DNA of 64,000 bases from an uncultured Erysipelotrichaceae bacterium (GTDB lineage: Bacteria > Bacillota_I > Bacilli_A > RF39 > UBA660): positions 21,678 to 85,677 of the forward strand of contig CACWUS010000001.1 of the NCBI GenBank assembly GCA_902764145.1, in the 5' to 3' direction. Shown here in pieces: positions 8,890 through 18,740 of this stretch. The position numbers and the translations under genes were made by a program. Positions within the stretch are counted from its first letter, which is position 1, and every line of letters starts with the position of its first letter. The notes beneath the pieces were generated by a model. It was not told where the DNA came from and ran no database searches. It saw nothing but the letters and a program-made list of their open reading frames with translations.

Positions 8890-8993
8890 ACAATTTTTAA
8901 CAATTTTATTTTTTTTGACACAAAACGACTACCTTTCATATTGACTTTAATTAATTAAAATTATAAAATTACTATATAATAAGGAGGTTGCTA

Positions 8994-10052
8994 GTGAAGA
9001 ACAAAGGTTTAATATTTTTCATTACATTCTTATTTCTATTATCCACTTCAGCAAGTATAGTTGGCTATTTAGAAAGTAAAAAAGAAAACAATGAAAAACC
9101 ACCAGTAGAAAACAAAGATACAATTACATATGAATACTATTTAGAAGATGTTCTTCAAACAAGTATACCAACTAATAATGATAATGAAGAGCAAACATAT
9201 ATATTTAATAGATATCAATGCGATAATGATGTAACTGGAAGATTTGATAATGATGATTGGAAATTTATCCCAAGCGAAGAAAAAAATGCAACTTGTAAAA
9301 TTTACTTTGTTAAATCATTCTATGATATTACAATTACAGCAGCTAATGGAACTGTTAGCGAAAATAATCCAACTACAATAGAAAGAGAAAATGATGGAAA
9401 ATTTATAGTTATACCAAATGAAGGATATGAATTTAAAGAAGTTAACTGTTCAAATGATAAAAAAGCAACATTTGATACAAATAAAAATATATTAAGTATA
9501 AATGTTATTATGGAAGATATTGCCTGCAAAGTAAATTTTGAAATAAAATCACTCAGAGCAGACATAATAGTTAAAAATGGAGATGGCACAACAACAGAAA
9601 CAGTTAATTATGGAGAAAGTATTACTGCAATAGTACAACCAAAAGATGGTTACGAAAACCCAAAAATAACTTGTACAAACAATCAAGAAGCAACATTTGA
9701 TAATAATAAAATTACAATTGAAAAACTTACTGACAATACTAAATGTAATGTCGAATTTGTTAAGGTTAAACCTGTTACATTTGACTTATCATTTGATGAA
9801 TTAGATGAAGATACAAAAGAAAAAATTCAAATCATAACAGGAAGTACTGATACAGTTAAAGTTAGTACAGATGGTTCTTACTCATTAACAATTAAAGCTA
9901 ATGAAGGTTTTGAAAATTATAAAGCAAAAGTTGTTTGTGGTAAAAATACAATAGTTCCTACTCCAAGTGAAGATGGATCATATATATATACAATATCTGG
10001 ATTAACTGAAAACACAAAGTGTACTATCACTGCACAAGAAAATGTAAATTAG
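8994..10052 (+). CDS. Secreted or membrane-anchored protein with four tandem beta-repeat modules (divergent InlB B-repeat-like)
   Basis: AAGGAGG lies 6 nt before the GTG at 8994. N-terminal hydrophobic anchor. Repeated GY(E/F)xxxxxC...TKC(N/T)V modules. Confidence 0.6.
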   Translation: MKNKGLIFFITFLFLLSTSASIVGYLESKKENNEKPPVENKDTITYEYYLEDVLQTSIPTNNDNEEQTYIFNRYQCDNDVTGRFDNDDWKFIPSEEKNATCKIYFVKSFYDITITAANGTVSENNPTTIERENDGKFIVIPNEGYEFKEVNCSNDKKATFDTNKNILSINVIMEDIACKVNFEIKSLRADIIVKNGDGTTTETVNYGESITAIVQPKDGYENPKITCTNNQEATFDNNKITIEKLTDNTKCNVEFVKVKPVTFDLSFDELDEDTKEKIQIITGSTDTVKVSTDGSYSLTIKANEGFENYKAKVVCGKNTIVPTPSEDGSYIYTISGLTENTKCTITAQENVN

Positions 10053-10076
10053 TTTTCTTTATAGAAAACTTTTTTA
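10051..10076 (+). terminator. Intrinsic terminator
   Basis: AGTTTTC-tttata-GAAAACT-TTTTTT. Confidence 0.65.
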
Positions 10077-10123
10077 TTGCAAATAAACTATTAAAATGAT
10101 AAATTAACTATGAGGAAAAAATT

Positions 10124-11107
10124 ATGTGGAAAATAGGTAACATTGAAATAAAAAATAGAATTGTGTTTGCTCCTATGGCTGGAATATCAAATGAAAGTTT
10201 TAGACATATTATAAAAGAAATGGGAGCTGGTTTAATATATTCAGAAATGATTAGTAATATGGGAATCATTTATAATAGTAAAAATACTTTAGATTTATTA
10301 AAAATAAATGATTTTGAAAGACCAATTAGTATCCAAATATTTGGAAGTGATAAAGATAGCTTTATAAGTGCTGCTAAATATGTATGTGAAAATATAAAGC
10401 CAGATATTTTGGATATTAATATGGGATGCCCTGTTCCAAAAGTTGCATTAAGATCACAAGCTGGTGCTTCACTATTAAAAGATCCAAAAAAGATATTTGA
10501 TATTGTTTCATCTGTTGTTAAAGTTGCAAATGTTCCAGTTAGTGTAAAAATCAGAGCTGGATGGAATAAAGAAACAATCAATTGTGTAGAAGTTGCTAAA
10601 CTAATAGAAAAAGCTGGTGCATCATTAATAGCTATTCATCCAAGAACAAGAGAACAAGGATATTCTGGAAAAGCAGACTGGTCACTAATAAAAAAAGTAA
10701 AAGAAAGCGTGTCAATTCCAGTAATAGGAAATGGTGATATCAAAACAATATATGATGCTAAAAAAATGTTAGAAGAAACAAAATGTGATGCTGTAATGAT
10801 TGGTAGAGGTGCAATTGGCAACCCTTGGTTTATAAAAGAATGTATTGAATATGTAGAAAATAACAATATTATTGATAAACCAAGTTATAAAGAAATAATT
10901 GATATGATAGTTAAACATTATAATTTAATAAAAACAAATATAAATGAAAGAAAAGCAATACTTGATATAAAAACACATGCACTTGCATATTTAAAAAGCA
11001 TTCCAAAATCAAAAGAATTAAAAACACAAATAGCCCTTTGTAAAACAGAAAAAGAATTTTTAGAATGTATAGATAAACTATATGAACATATTAAAACATT
11101 AGCATGA
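10124..11107 (+). CDS. dusB: tRNA-dihydrouridine synthase
   Basis: Contains [21 protein letters not shown] and [13 protein letters not shown] motifs. Confidence 0.9.
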   Translation: MWKIGNIEIKNRIVFAPMAGISNESFRHIIKEMGAGLIYSEMISNMGIIYNSKNTLDLLKINDFERPISIQIFGSDKDSFISAAKYVCENIKPDILDINMGCPVPKVALRSQAGASLLKDPKKIFDIVSSVVKVANVPVSVKIRAGWNKETINCVEVAKLIEKAGASLIAIHPRTREQGYSGKADWSLIKKVKESVSIPVIGNGDIKTIYDAKKMLEETKCDAVMIGRGAIGNPWFIKECIEYVENNNIIDKPSYKEIIDMIVKHYNLIKTNINERKAILDIKTHALAYLKSIPKSKELKTQIALCKTEKEFLECIDKLYEHIKTLA

Positions 11108-11117
11108 AAAAAGAGCG

Positions 11118-11155
11118 AAAATACTAGTATTTTCTTGTATTACTAGTATTTTTTG
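11118..11155 (+). terminator. Intrinsic terminator after dusB
   Basis: 12-bp stem AAAATACTAGTA / TACTAGTATTTT followed by TT. Confidence 0.65.
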
Positions 11156-11184
11156 TTATATAATAATTCTTGAGGAGGATTTTT

Positions 11185-12621
11185 ATGAAAAAGACTGGAT
11201 TATTCAAAATAATCATGTTTATACTATTAGGAATGGTAGTAGCAACTTGGATTTTTTCAGCAAGCTATTTTAATGAAGGAAACCTAGCAGAACTTGGTAT
11301 GTACAATATCGGATTCTTTGACTTTTTTTCATTAATATTTGGATCATTTGAATTTGCATATTTTCTTCAAATATTCATTTTACTACTTTCTATTGGTGCT
11401 TTATATGGAGTACTTGGAAAAACTGGTAAATACAGAGCTTGGATTGAAAAAATAGCAAATTATTTTAAAGGAGTAGAATTTATATTCTTATTAATTGTTG
11501 CATTCTTAATTGCTGTTTTGACTTCAGTATTTGATTATGGTTACTTAATATTATTATTCTTCCCACTACTTGTAAGTACTATACTTGCAATGGGGTATGA
11601 TAAAGTAACTGCTTTAGTTACAACAGTTGGTGCAGTATTAATAGGAACTATAGGTAATATTGTCGGAAATGCAACTAGCGGTGTTGTAGCTGATATAATT
11701 GGAATAGAAGCAACAAGCGGATTTTACTATAAGCTAGGATTATTAATTTTATCATTAATACCTCTAGTATTATATTTATCTAAAGCTAAAAAAACAAAGA
11801 AAACTACTAAGGCATTAGAAGAAGAAGATATGTTTATTGGTGAAAAAGAACCAAATAAATATTCAATTGCTTCAATAATTGTTATATTCTCATTATTATT
11901 TGTTCTATTAATAATTGGATGTACAGCTTGGAACAATTCATTTAAAATTGATATTTTTTCAAAACTACATGAAAATGTAACAACTTGGAGTCCAAAACTT
12001 CCATACATTCATATAACAACTGATGGAATAGAAACTGGTAGTGAAAAAGTTGCTATATTTACAAAATTATTTGGTACAGTATCTGCTTTTGGTGAATGGC
12101 GTTATGCAGAAATGTCTATGATATGCTTAATTGCTGCAGTAGTACTTGGATTACTTTATAGAGTAAAAGGTATATTTGCTGCTATGGCAGATGGTGCTAA
12201 AAAAATGTTAAAACCTGCATTCCTAGTAATGATGGCATACACAGTTGTATACTTTGCTGGAAATCAAATGATTTTCCCTACAATTGCAAAACTTATACTT
12301 AGTATATCTGGTAAATTTAGTGTTATATTAAGTAGTATAGTTCTTGCTTTAGGTTCAGTATTACATGTTGATATTCTATATGTAGCAAACTATGTTGTTC
12401 CACAACTAGCTGCATATGACGTAGATAAATCACTTGTAGCCCTACTAACACAAAGTATATATGGTGTTACAATGTTTGTAGCTCCTACTAGTGCATTCTT
12501 AGTATTTGGATTATCATATTTAAATGTTCCATATAAAGAATGGATTAAAAAAACATGGAAACTAGTAGTTACATTACTTGCAGTAGTATTAATTATATTA
12601 TTAATAGCAAAATTTGCTTAA
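11185..12621 (+). CDS. YfcC/DcuC-type multi-pass membrane transporter
   Basis: GAGGAGG RBS precedes the ATG at 11185. About 12 predicted TM segments with YfcC-like organisation. Confidence 0.7.
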   Translation: MKKTGLFKIIMFILLGMVVATWIFSASYFNEGNLAELGMYNIGFFDFFSLIFGSFEFAYFLQIFILLLSIGALYGVLGKTGKYRAWIEKIANYFKGVEFIFLLIVAFLIAVLTSVFDYGYLILLFFPLLVSTILAMGYDKVTALVTTVGAVLIGTIGNIVGNATSGVVADIIGIEATSGFYYKLGLLILSLIPLVLYLSKAKKTKKTTKALEEEDMFIGEKEPNKYSIASIIVIFSLLFVLLIIGCTAWNNSFKIDIFSKLHENVTTWSPKLPYIHITTDGIETGSEKVAIFTKLFGTVSAFGEWRYAEMSMICLIAAVVLGLLYRVKGIFAAMADGAKKMLKPAFLVMMAYTVVYFAGNQMIFPTIAKLILSISGKFSVILSSIVLALGSVLHVDILYVANYVVPQLAAYDVDKSLVALLTQSIYGVTMFVAPTSAFLVFGLSYLNVPYKEWIKKTWKLVVTLLAVVLIILLIAKFA

Positions 12622-12625
12622 GAAG

Positions 12626-12651
12626 GAATGTTAATAAACATTCTTTTTTTT
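12626..12651 (+). terminator. Intrinsic terminator
   Basis: GAATGTT-aata-AACATTC-TTTTTTTT. Confidence 0.7.
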
Positions 12652-12685
12652 GCATTAAAATAGTTAAACAATTCATAATATTAAT

Positions 12686-13993
12686 ATGATTACATATGAA
12701 AAAGAATTAATTAACATTTTAAAACAAAGTGAAAAAGAAGCAATTAATTTAAATCACCAATACGTAGGAACAGAACATATATTACTAGCTATATTAAACA
12801 CTAATAATAGTTATAGAGAAATACTAAACTGCAATAATATTAACTATGAAAAAATATTAAAAAATATTAAAGCACTAAATAATAATAACTATAATTATTT
12901 AATTTACACACCATTATTAAAAAAATTACTTATAATATCAAGTGAAAATAATGTAATAAAATTAAATAATCTTATAAAAAATATAATAAAGAATAATGAA
13001 GGAATAGCAATTACAATACTAAACAAATTAAATGCTAATCTATTAAATATTTATAACCAAATCAATAATAAAATAGAAATACAATATGGTATAAATTTAA
13101 ATGATGAAAAAAAACATGAACCAACATTTGAAAGAGAAAAGGAAATTAATGAGATTATTGAAGTCTTATGTAGAAAAAATAAAAACAATCCACTTTTAAT
13201 TGGAAAAGCAGGAGTAGGAAAAACAGCTTTGGTAGAAGAATTAGCATATAGAATAAAAAACAAAAAGGTACCAAATTATCTATTAAATTACAAAATAATT
13301 TCGATTAATTTATCACAAATAGTAAGTGGAACAAAATATAGAGGAGAATTTGAAGAAAAATTAAATAACATTATAAAAGAAATTGAATCAAATAGTAATA
13401 TTATATTGTTTATAGATGAAATACATACTTTAATAGGCGCAGGTGGTTCTGAAGGAGCAATAGATGCAGCAAATATATTAAAACCATCCTTAGCTAGAAA
13501 TAAAATCAAATGTATAGGTGCTACCACTATAGAAGAATATAATAACACAATATTAAAAGATAAAGCACTAAATAGAAGATTTAATAAAATAATAATAGAA
13601 GAACCAACAAAAGAACAAACAATAAAAATTCTTAAAAATACAAAAAAATATTATGAAAAATATCATAATGTAAAAATAAATGATAAGCAAATAGAAACTA
13701 TAGTTAATTTATCAAGCAAATATATTTTAGACAAATCTGAGCCAGATAGAAGTCTAGATGTTCTAGATAAAATATGTACTAAAACTAAATTGAATAATAA
13801 AGAAAATAATAAAATTGAATTTTTAATCAGTGAAAAAGAACAAAATATTCTAAATAAAAAATTCAAAGAAGCAACAATTATAAATAAAAAAATAGATAAT
13901 TTATTAAATAAAAAAAAGAAAGTCACTGATACAGTAATAAAAAGTATTTTTGAAATAAATACATCAAATAATATTGGATTTAAACCATCCTAA
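12686..13993 (+). CDS. ClpC/ClpA-like AAA+ protein with a Clp_N domain and the D1 module only (no D2)
   Basis: Clp_N (YVGTEHILLAIL), Walker A GKAGVGKTALVEEL, Walker B ILFIDEIHTLIGAGG and a sensor region. Ends after a short K/N-rich coil with ...NNIGFKPS. No obvious SD sequence. Confidence 0.75.
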   Translation: MITYEKELINILKQSEKEAINLNHQYVGTEHILLAILNTNNSYREILNCNNINYEKILKNIKALNNNNYNYLIYTPLLKKLLIISSENNVIKLNNLIKNIIKNNEGIAITILNKLNANLLNIYNQINNKIEIQYGINLNDEKKHEPTFEREKEINEIIEVLCRKNKNNPLLIGKAGVGKTALVEELAYRIKNKKVPNYLLNYKIISINLSQIVSGTKYRGEFEEKLNNIIKEIESNSNIILFIDEIHTLIGAGGSEGAIDAANILKPSLARNKIKCIGATTIEEYNNTILKDKALNRRFNKIIIEEPTKEQTIKILKNTKKYYEKYHNVKINDKQIETIVNLSSKYILDKSEPDRSLDVLDKICTKTKLNNKENNKIEFLISEKEQNILNKKFKEATIINKKIDNLLNKKKKVTDTVIKSIFEINTSNNIGFKPS

Positions 13994-14043
13994 TAACTTT
14001 ATAATTTAAAAGATATATGTTAATATTATTATAGGTGATTTAA

Positions 14044-14715
14044 ATGTTAATAGAATTAGTTTTAATAGCTTTGATTGTTTTTCTACCTTTAATAGCTCAG
14101 TCAAACATAACTTCAACATATAACAAATATTCTAAAATTTCAAATAGCAAAAAACTATCAGGAAAAGATGTAGCAAGAATGATATTAGATAGAAATGGCC
14201 TACATAACGTAACAATTGGAGAAATATCTGGTAATCTAACAGATCATTATGATCCAAGAAATAAAAACATTAGACTTTCTCAAAATATTTACAATGGAAC
14301 CTCAATAGCTTCAGTTTCAGTAGCCGCACATGAGTGTGGTCATGCAATACAAGATAAAGAAAGCTATTCTTTTCTAAGATTTAGAACAGCATTAGTACCA
14401 ATAGTAAATTTTACATCACGTATATCTTCAATCTTAATTATAATTGGATTTGCTTCAGAATTATTAAATTTAGTTAAAATAGGAATCTTACTTTTATGTA
14501 TTGGACTTTTATTTCAATTAGTTACTTTACCAGTTGAATTCAATGCATCTAATAGAGGTAAAAAACAATTACAAGAATTAGGCTTAATAGATAAATCAGA
14601 TATAAATGGATCTAACAAAGTATTAAAAGCAGCTGCTTATACATATGTTGCAGGATTCTTATCTACTGCACTACAAATACTAAGGTTAGTACTAATTAGT
14701 AGAGATAGAAATTAA
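14044..14715 (+). CDS. Membrane zinc metallopeptidase (YugP-like, HExxH)
   Basis: HECGHAIQ motif, N- and C-terminal TM segments, AGGTGA RBS. Confidence 0.8.
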   Translation: MLIELVLIALIVFLPLIAQSNITSTYNKYSKISNSKKLSGKDVARMILDRNGLHNVTIGEISGNLTDHYDPRNKNIRLSQNIYNGTSIASVSVAAHECGHAIQDKESYSFLRFRTALVPIVNFTSRISSILIIIGFASELLNLVKIGILLLCIGLLFQLVTLPVEFNASNRGKKQLQELGLIDKSDINGSNKVLKAAAYTYVAGFLSTALQILRLVLISRDRN

Positions 14716-14735
14716 GACTTTAAAAGTCTTTTTTT
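14714..14735 (+). terminator. Intrinsic terminator
   Basis: AAGACTT-taa-AAGTCTT-TTTTT. Confidence 0.65.
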
Positions 14736-14740
14736 ATATA

Positions 14741-14770
14741 AAAAAAATAATAGTTTAATAACTATTATTT
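14741..14770 (-). terminator. Intrinsic terminator after rpsR
   Basis: 10-bp stem AATAATAGTT/AACTATTATT followed by a T-run on the minus strand. Confidence 0.65.
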
Positions 14771-14776
14771 AATTAA

Positions 14777-14989
14777 CTATTTTGTATATGGTAATAAAGC
14801 CATATATCTAGCTCTTTTAATTTGATTAGCAATGTGTCTTTGATGTTTTGCACATGCACCAGTCATACGTCTAGGTAATATTTTACCTTTTTCATTTATA
14901 TATTTAGATACAATAGCAACATCTTTATAATCAACTGATTTTCCAGCACACATTTGGCAAATCTTTTTTCTTCTATAAAATTCAGCCAT
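14777..14989 (-). CDS. rpsR: 30S ribosomal protein S18
   Basis: Contains DYKDV..LSKYI-like and [13 protein letters not shown] motifs. Lies in the rpsF-ssb-rpsR operon. Confidence 0.95.
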   Translation of the reverse strand: MAEFYRRKKICQMCAGKSVDYKDVAIVSKYINEKGKILPRRMTGACAKHQRHIANQIKRARYMALLPYTK

Positions 14990-15000
14990 TATTTTCCTCC

Positions 15001-15471
15001 TTAAAATGGTAAATCATTATCACTTAGTGATACTTCTTTATCATAATTTTCATATGGATCAGAGGCAGGAATATCATATTCTGGCATTTCGTCTATTGGT
15101 GCTTCACTAGGAGCATCAACATATTGACTATTAGATGAAGAACTATTTCCTTCATTTTTACCACCGACAAATTCAACATTTTCAACTACAACTTCTGTAA
15201 CATATCTCTTAGTTCCATCTTGAGCATCATAGTTTCTTGTTTGAACTCTACCATCTAAACAAATCATACTTCCTTTCTTAAAAAACTTAGAAATAAAATC
15301 TGCAGTTTGTCTAAATGCTACACAAGGTAAAAAATCAGCATCATAGTTACCATCTTTATTTTTAAAATTTCTATTTACTGCTACTGTGAAATTAACAGTA
15401 GAAAAGCCAGCACTTGTACTTCTAACTTCTGGATCCTTTGTTAGTCTTCCAACTAAAATAATCTTATTCAT
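15001..15471 (-). CDS. ssb: Single-stranded DNA-binding protein
   Basis: OB-fold N-terminus [15 protein letters not shown] and an acidic tail ending DNDLPF. Confidence 0.95.
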   Translation of the reverse strand: MNKIILVGRLTKDPEVRSTSAGFSTVNFTVAVNRNFKNKDGNYDADFLPCVAFRQTADFISKFFKKGSMICLDGRVQTRNYDAQDGTKRYVTEVVVENVEFVGGKNEGNSSSSNSQYVDAPSEAPIDEMPEYDIPASDPYENYDKEVSLSDNDLPF

Positions 15472-15473
15472 TA

Positions 15474-15761
15474 CTACTCCTCTTCTCTTATGACAATATG
15501 TCTTAAGATATTTTCATCGATTTTAGCTTTACGATCAAATTCTTTAACAGCAGCAGCAGTAGCTTCTACATTAAATACATAGTAGTTTCCTCTTAATTGC
15601 TTGTTAATAGGATATGCTAATTTCTTTTGTCCCATATCCTTAGTATTAATGATTTTAGATTTCATATCAGTTAGTACTTTTTCAAAAGCAGCTACTGTAT
15701 CTTTACTAGTCTTTTCATCAATATCAGCTCTAACAATGAACATAATTTCATATTTATTCAT
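15474..15761 (-). CDS. rpsF: 30S ribosomal protein S6
   Basis: MNKYEIMFIV start preceded by AAAGGAGGTG. The track start at 15839 runs into the promoter. Confidence 0.9.
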   Translation of the reverse strand: MNKYEIMFIVRADIDEKTSKDTVAAFEKVLTDMKSKIINTKDMGQKKLAYPINKQLRGNYYVFNVEATAAAVKEFDRKAKIDENILRHIVIREEE

Positions 15762-15827
15762 TACTACACCTCCTTTTGGTCTAAACGGCTTCATAAATGA
15801 AGCAAGGAACTTTTTTCGTTCGAAAGT

Positions 15828-15856
15828 ATTATAGCACACTCTAAACTATTAAACAA
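15828..15856 (-). promoter_or_regulatory. Promoter of rpsF-ssb-rpsR
   Basis: TTGTTT-17 nt-TATAAT on the minus strand. Confidence 0.55.
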
Positions 15857-15868
15857 TATGTTTTTTTT

Positions 15869-15900
15869 AAAAAAATATCAATCTTTATGATTGATATTTT
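15869..15900 (-). terminator. Intrinsic terminator after argS
   Basis: 12-bp stem AAAATATCAATC/GATTGATATTTT followed by a T-run on the minus strand. Confidence 0.7.
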
Positions 15901-17627
15901 TACATTTTACTTGGTATTTCAATAGCAAGTATATTAAGTAATTTACTACAAGTATTATAAATTAGTTTTAATAAAGAAACATAACTATCTTTCTTTTCAT
16001 TATCACTTTCATTTATTATATTTGTTTCACCATAAAATTTATTAAATAAACTACTTATTTCAAACAAATATTCACATATATAACTTAAAGTTTTTTCAGT
16101 ATATGCTTGATTTAAAATCCTAGATAATTCAAGTAATTTTAAATATATATTTCTTTCAGTTTCACTATAAATACTAATTATTTTTTCACTATTTATATTA
16201 ACTTTATCTAATATAGATTTTATTCTCACCATTGTATATAAAACATATGGCCCTGTTTTTCCTTCAAAAGAACAAAATTTTTCAATATCAAACACATAAT
16301 CAGTTGTTCTATAAGGTAATAAATCTGCATATTTAATTGTTGCTACAGTTAATTTATCTAAAATGTTATTTTTTTCATTACCATCTTCATACTTATTCAT
16401 TTTTTTAGATAATTCTTCTCTAATCATAGATAGTAAATCGTTTAATTGTAGAACACCACCATCTCTTGTTTTGAATGGTTTTCCATCTTTTCCATTCATT
16501 GTTCCAAATGAATAATGTTTTAATTTAACATCTTCACTTACTAAATTAGATTTATAAGAAGCTCTAAAAACTTGTTCGAAATATAGTCCTTGTCTTGCAT
16601 CAACTACATACCATAATTCATCTGGTTTAAAATCACTATGCATTCTATTATAAATAGTAGCTAAATCACGCGTTGCATAAATAGATGCTCCATCATTTTT
16701 AATAACAATTAAAGGTGGAATTTCAATCTTATCATCGCTCTTAGCAACATCAATAACTTTTGCGCCTTCACTTTCATACATATATGGCTCTAAAACTTTA
16801 AGCGTTTTATCAATATATTTAAGAGAACTAAGTTCACCTTCCCATAATTCAAAATTACAATTTAAATAGTCATAAGTTTTTCTTATTTCATTACTAGATA
16901 CTTCAACAATATCTTTCCACATACTGAAGTATGGTTCTTCACACATGTCTACTTTTGCTGTTATTTCTCTTACTTCTTCCATTCTAAGAGGGTTTTCTTT
17001 AGCATCCTTACTTGCTTCAGGATAATAAATGGCTAACTCTTCCGGAGTAATTTCTAGTTTAGGATATTTACCTTTATAATTAGAATCAAAATAGCACAAA
17101 TCAGGTTTTCTTTTCTTTATTTCAGAAATAACCATACCAGATTGTCTTCCTAAATCTCCTAAATGAACATCACCAATAACATTATTTCCCAATACTTTAG
17201 CTAGTCTCTTTAATGCTTCTCCAATATTAGCACTTCTCATATGACCAACATGAAGACTCTTAGCTGCATTAGCTCCTCCATAATCAATTAATATATTTTT
17301 AGATTCATATTTATCTATTAAATTATCAAAATCATTAATAGATTCATTCATTCTTTTTAATAAAAATTCATCATTTATACTTACATTTATAAATCCAGGT
17401 CCAGCTATATTAACATTAGTAAATCTATCATCAAAATTATCTATAATATTTTGTGCTATTTCACGAGGATTCTTTCCATATTTTTTTGCCAAACTCATTG
17501 CACTATTAATTTGAAACTCACCTAAATCACGTCTGGAAGAAGACTCCAAAGTTACTTCTTCTATTTCATAACCACATTTTTTAAATACATCCTGCAAATA
17601 TTTTTCAGTTTCTTTAATAAAACTCAT
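15900..17627 (-). CDS. argS: Arginine--tRNA ligase
   Basis: HVGHMRS (HIGH-type) motif and full-length class I ArgRS pattern. GGGAGAGGA RBS precedes the ATG at 17627. Confidence 0.92.
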   Translation of the reverse strand: MSFIKETEKYLQDVFKKCGYEIEEVTLESSSRRDLGEFQINSAMSLAKKYGKNPREIAQNIIDNFDDRFTNVNIAGPGFINVSINDEFLLKRMNESINDFDNLIDKYESKNILIDYGGANAAKSLHVGHMRSANIGEALKRLAKVLGNNVIGDVHLGDLGRQSGMVISEIKKRKPDLCYFDSNYKGKYPKLEITPEELAIYYPEASKDAKENPLRMEEVREITAKVDMCEEPYFSMWKDIVEVSSNEIRKTYDYLNCNFELWEGELSSLKYIDKTLKVLEPYMYESEGAKVIDVAKSDDKIEIPPLIVIKNDGASIYATRDLATIYNRMHSDFKPDELWYVVDARQGLYFEQVFRASYKSNLVSEDVKLKHYSFGTMNGKDGKPFKTRDGGVLQLNDLLSMIREELSKKMNKYEDGNEKNNILDKLTVATIKYADLLPYRTTDYVFDIEKFCSFEGKTGPYVLYTMVRIKSILDKVNINSEKIISIYSETERNIYLKLLELSRILNQAYTEKTLSYICEYLFEISSLFNKFYGETNIINESDNEKKDSYVSLLKLIYNTCSKLLNILAIEIPSKM

Positions 17628-17704
17628 AAAATCCTCTCCCTTCATAAACAAGATTATATCATAAGATAAAATTTTTTCAATATCAGCCTTACTTTTTGAC
17701 ATTT

Positions 17705-17990
17705 TTAATAAAATATGCTAATATTATTACTGTGTGGAGCATTATGCTAGTCAAGCATACCACCCGAAGATGGGGCTAAAAATCCATTAATTGTACAAAA
17801 AGATACTTTATATATTTTGCTTCTTTCGCCCAGACTGGGGTGAATATATAATTTTAGATTTAAGGATATTATATAATGGCATATATACAAATTCCTTTTA
17901 TCGCATCGTAGATTATGAACGTACATGACGTGAGTGAATTATTGGGATAAAAAATTGAAAAATAATTTGCAACAGCGTATAAAAGTGGAC
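17705..17990 (-). promoter_or_regulatory. Probable T-box leader of argS (extent uncertain)
   Basis: The minus strand reads TTCGGGTGGTATGC (17755-17765), matching the T-box core GGGTGGTA. Hairpins lie downstream and an aaRS gene follows. Stem I hallmark motifs were not recognised by eye. Confidence 0.45.
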
Positions 17991-18210
17991 TTTGCTTGTC
18001 TGGGAAAACCTCTAGCGTGTCTTTATTATAAAGATTGAAGTGCGGACTAAGTGGTGATCGAGTGATCACATAAGGTAACTAGTGATTTGTATTTTCAAAG
18101 AGAAATCGCCTACAGGTAACTAAGGGTAGATACAAGAGAAACTCAACTCGACCAAAGCCGTAAAATTAATTTATAATAATCCATACAATCTTTTTTTTTA
18201 GGAGAAAAAA

Positions 18211-18729
18211 ATGAAAAAAGACAATTGGATATTAAAAGCATTTTTACTTACATTTTTTATAGCACTATTCTTTAATGCTTTTTCAAATATCATAACAAAT
18301 AAATTTGATAATATTATAGTACTTACACTACTTTCTATTATTTTTATCTTAATAGGAATAATATTTGATATTATAGGTACCGCCGTTTTAACAGCAGAAG
18401 AATCAACCTTTCATGCTAAAAGTTCTAAAAGAATAAAAGGTGCTAAAGAAGGTGTATATTTAATTAAAAACGGAAGCAGGATAGCTTCTATATGTAATGA
18501 CGTTATAGGTGATATTTGTGGCATAGTAAGTGGTTCTATATCAGCAATGATTGGATTACTACTATCAAATAAACTGAATATATCACCAGTCATTTCAATA
18601 TTAATAATAAGTTCTATTATTTCATCATTAACAGTAGGTGGTAAAGCAATAGGTAAAAAGTATGCTATTAAAAATAGTGATGATATAATTTTTAAAGTAG
18701 CAAAAGTATTAAATAAAATTAAAAAATAA
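18211..18729 (+). CDS. Integral membrane protein, unknown function
   Basis: 172 aa, four hydrophobic segments. AGGAGAAAAAAA precedes the ATG. Confidence 0.6.
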   Translation: MKKDNWILKAFLLTFFIALFFNAFSNIITNKFDNIIVLTLLSIIFILIGIIFDIIGTAVLTAEESTFHAKSSKRIKGAKEGVYLIKNGSRIASICNDVIGDICGIVSGSISAMIGLLLSNKLNISPVISILIISSIISSLTVGGKAIGKKYAIKNSDDIIFKVAKVLNKIKK

Positions 18730-18740
18730 AAAGATTCAGA

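Noticed and set aside
12686-13993. ClpC-like gene as a truncated pseudogene
   Set aside because: The reading frame is intact through Clp_N and D1. Only 50 nt separate its stop from the next gene, and no D2-like remnant is visible in any frame downstream. It is treated as a genuine short form, with expression unproven.
17869-18069. 66-aa minus-strand ORF in the argS upstream region
   Set aside because: It lies in the GC-rich structured leader region. It has no RBS, and its amino-acid composition is atypical for this proteome. It is more likely RNA structure than coding.
17740-18170. Possibility that the GC-rich region encodes RNase P RNA, tmRNA or 6S RNA
   Set aside because: GCAAAGTCCAC on the minus strand loosely resembles the RNase P GGAAAGTCC box. 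However, I found no GGTAAACCCC, ACAGAA/GGCTTA or AGATnnATGA elements. I also found no tRNA-like T-arm or GGGG 5' end for tmRNA. A 6S RNA cannot be judged by eye.
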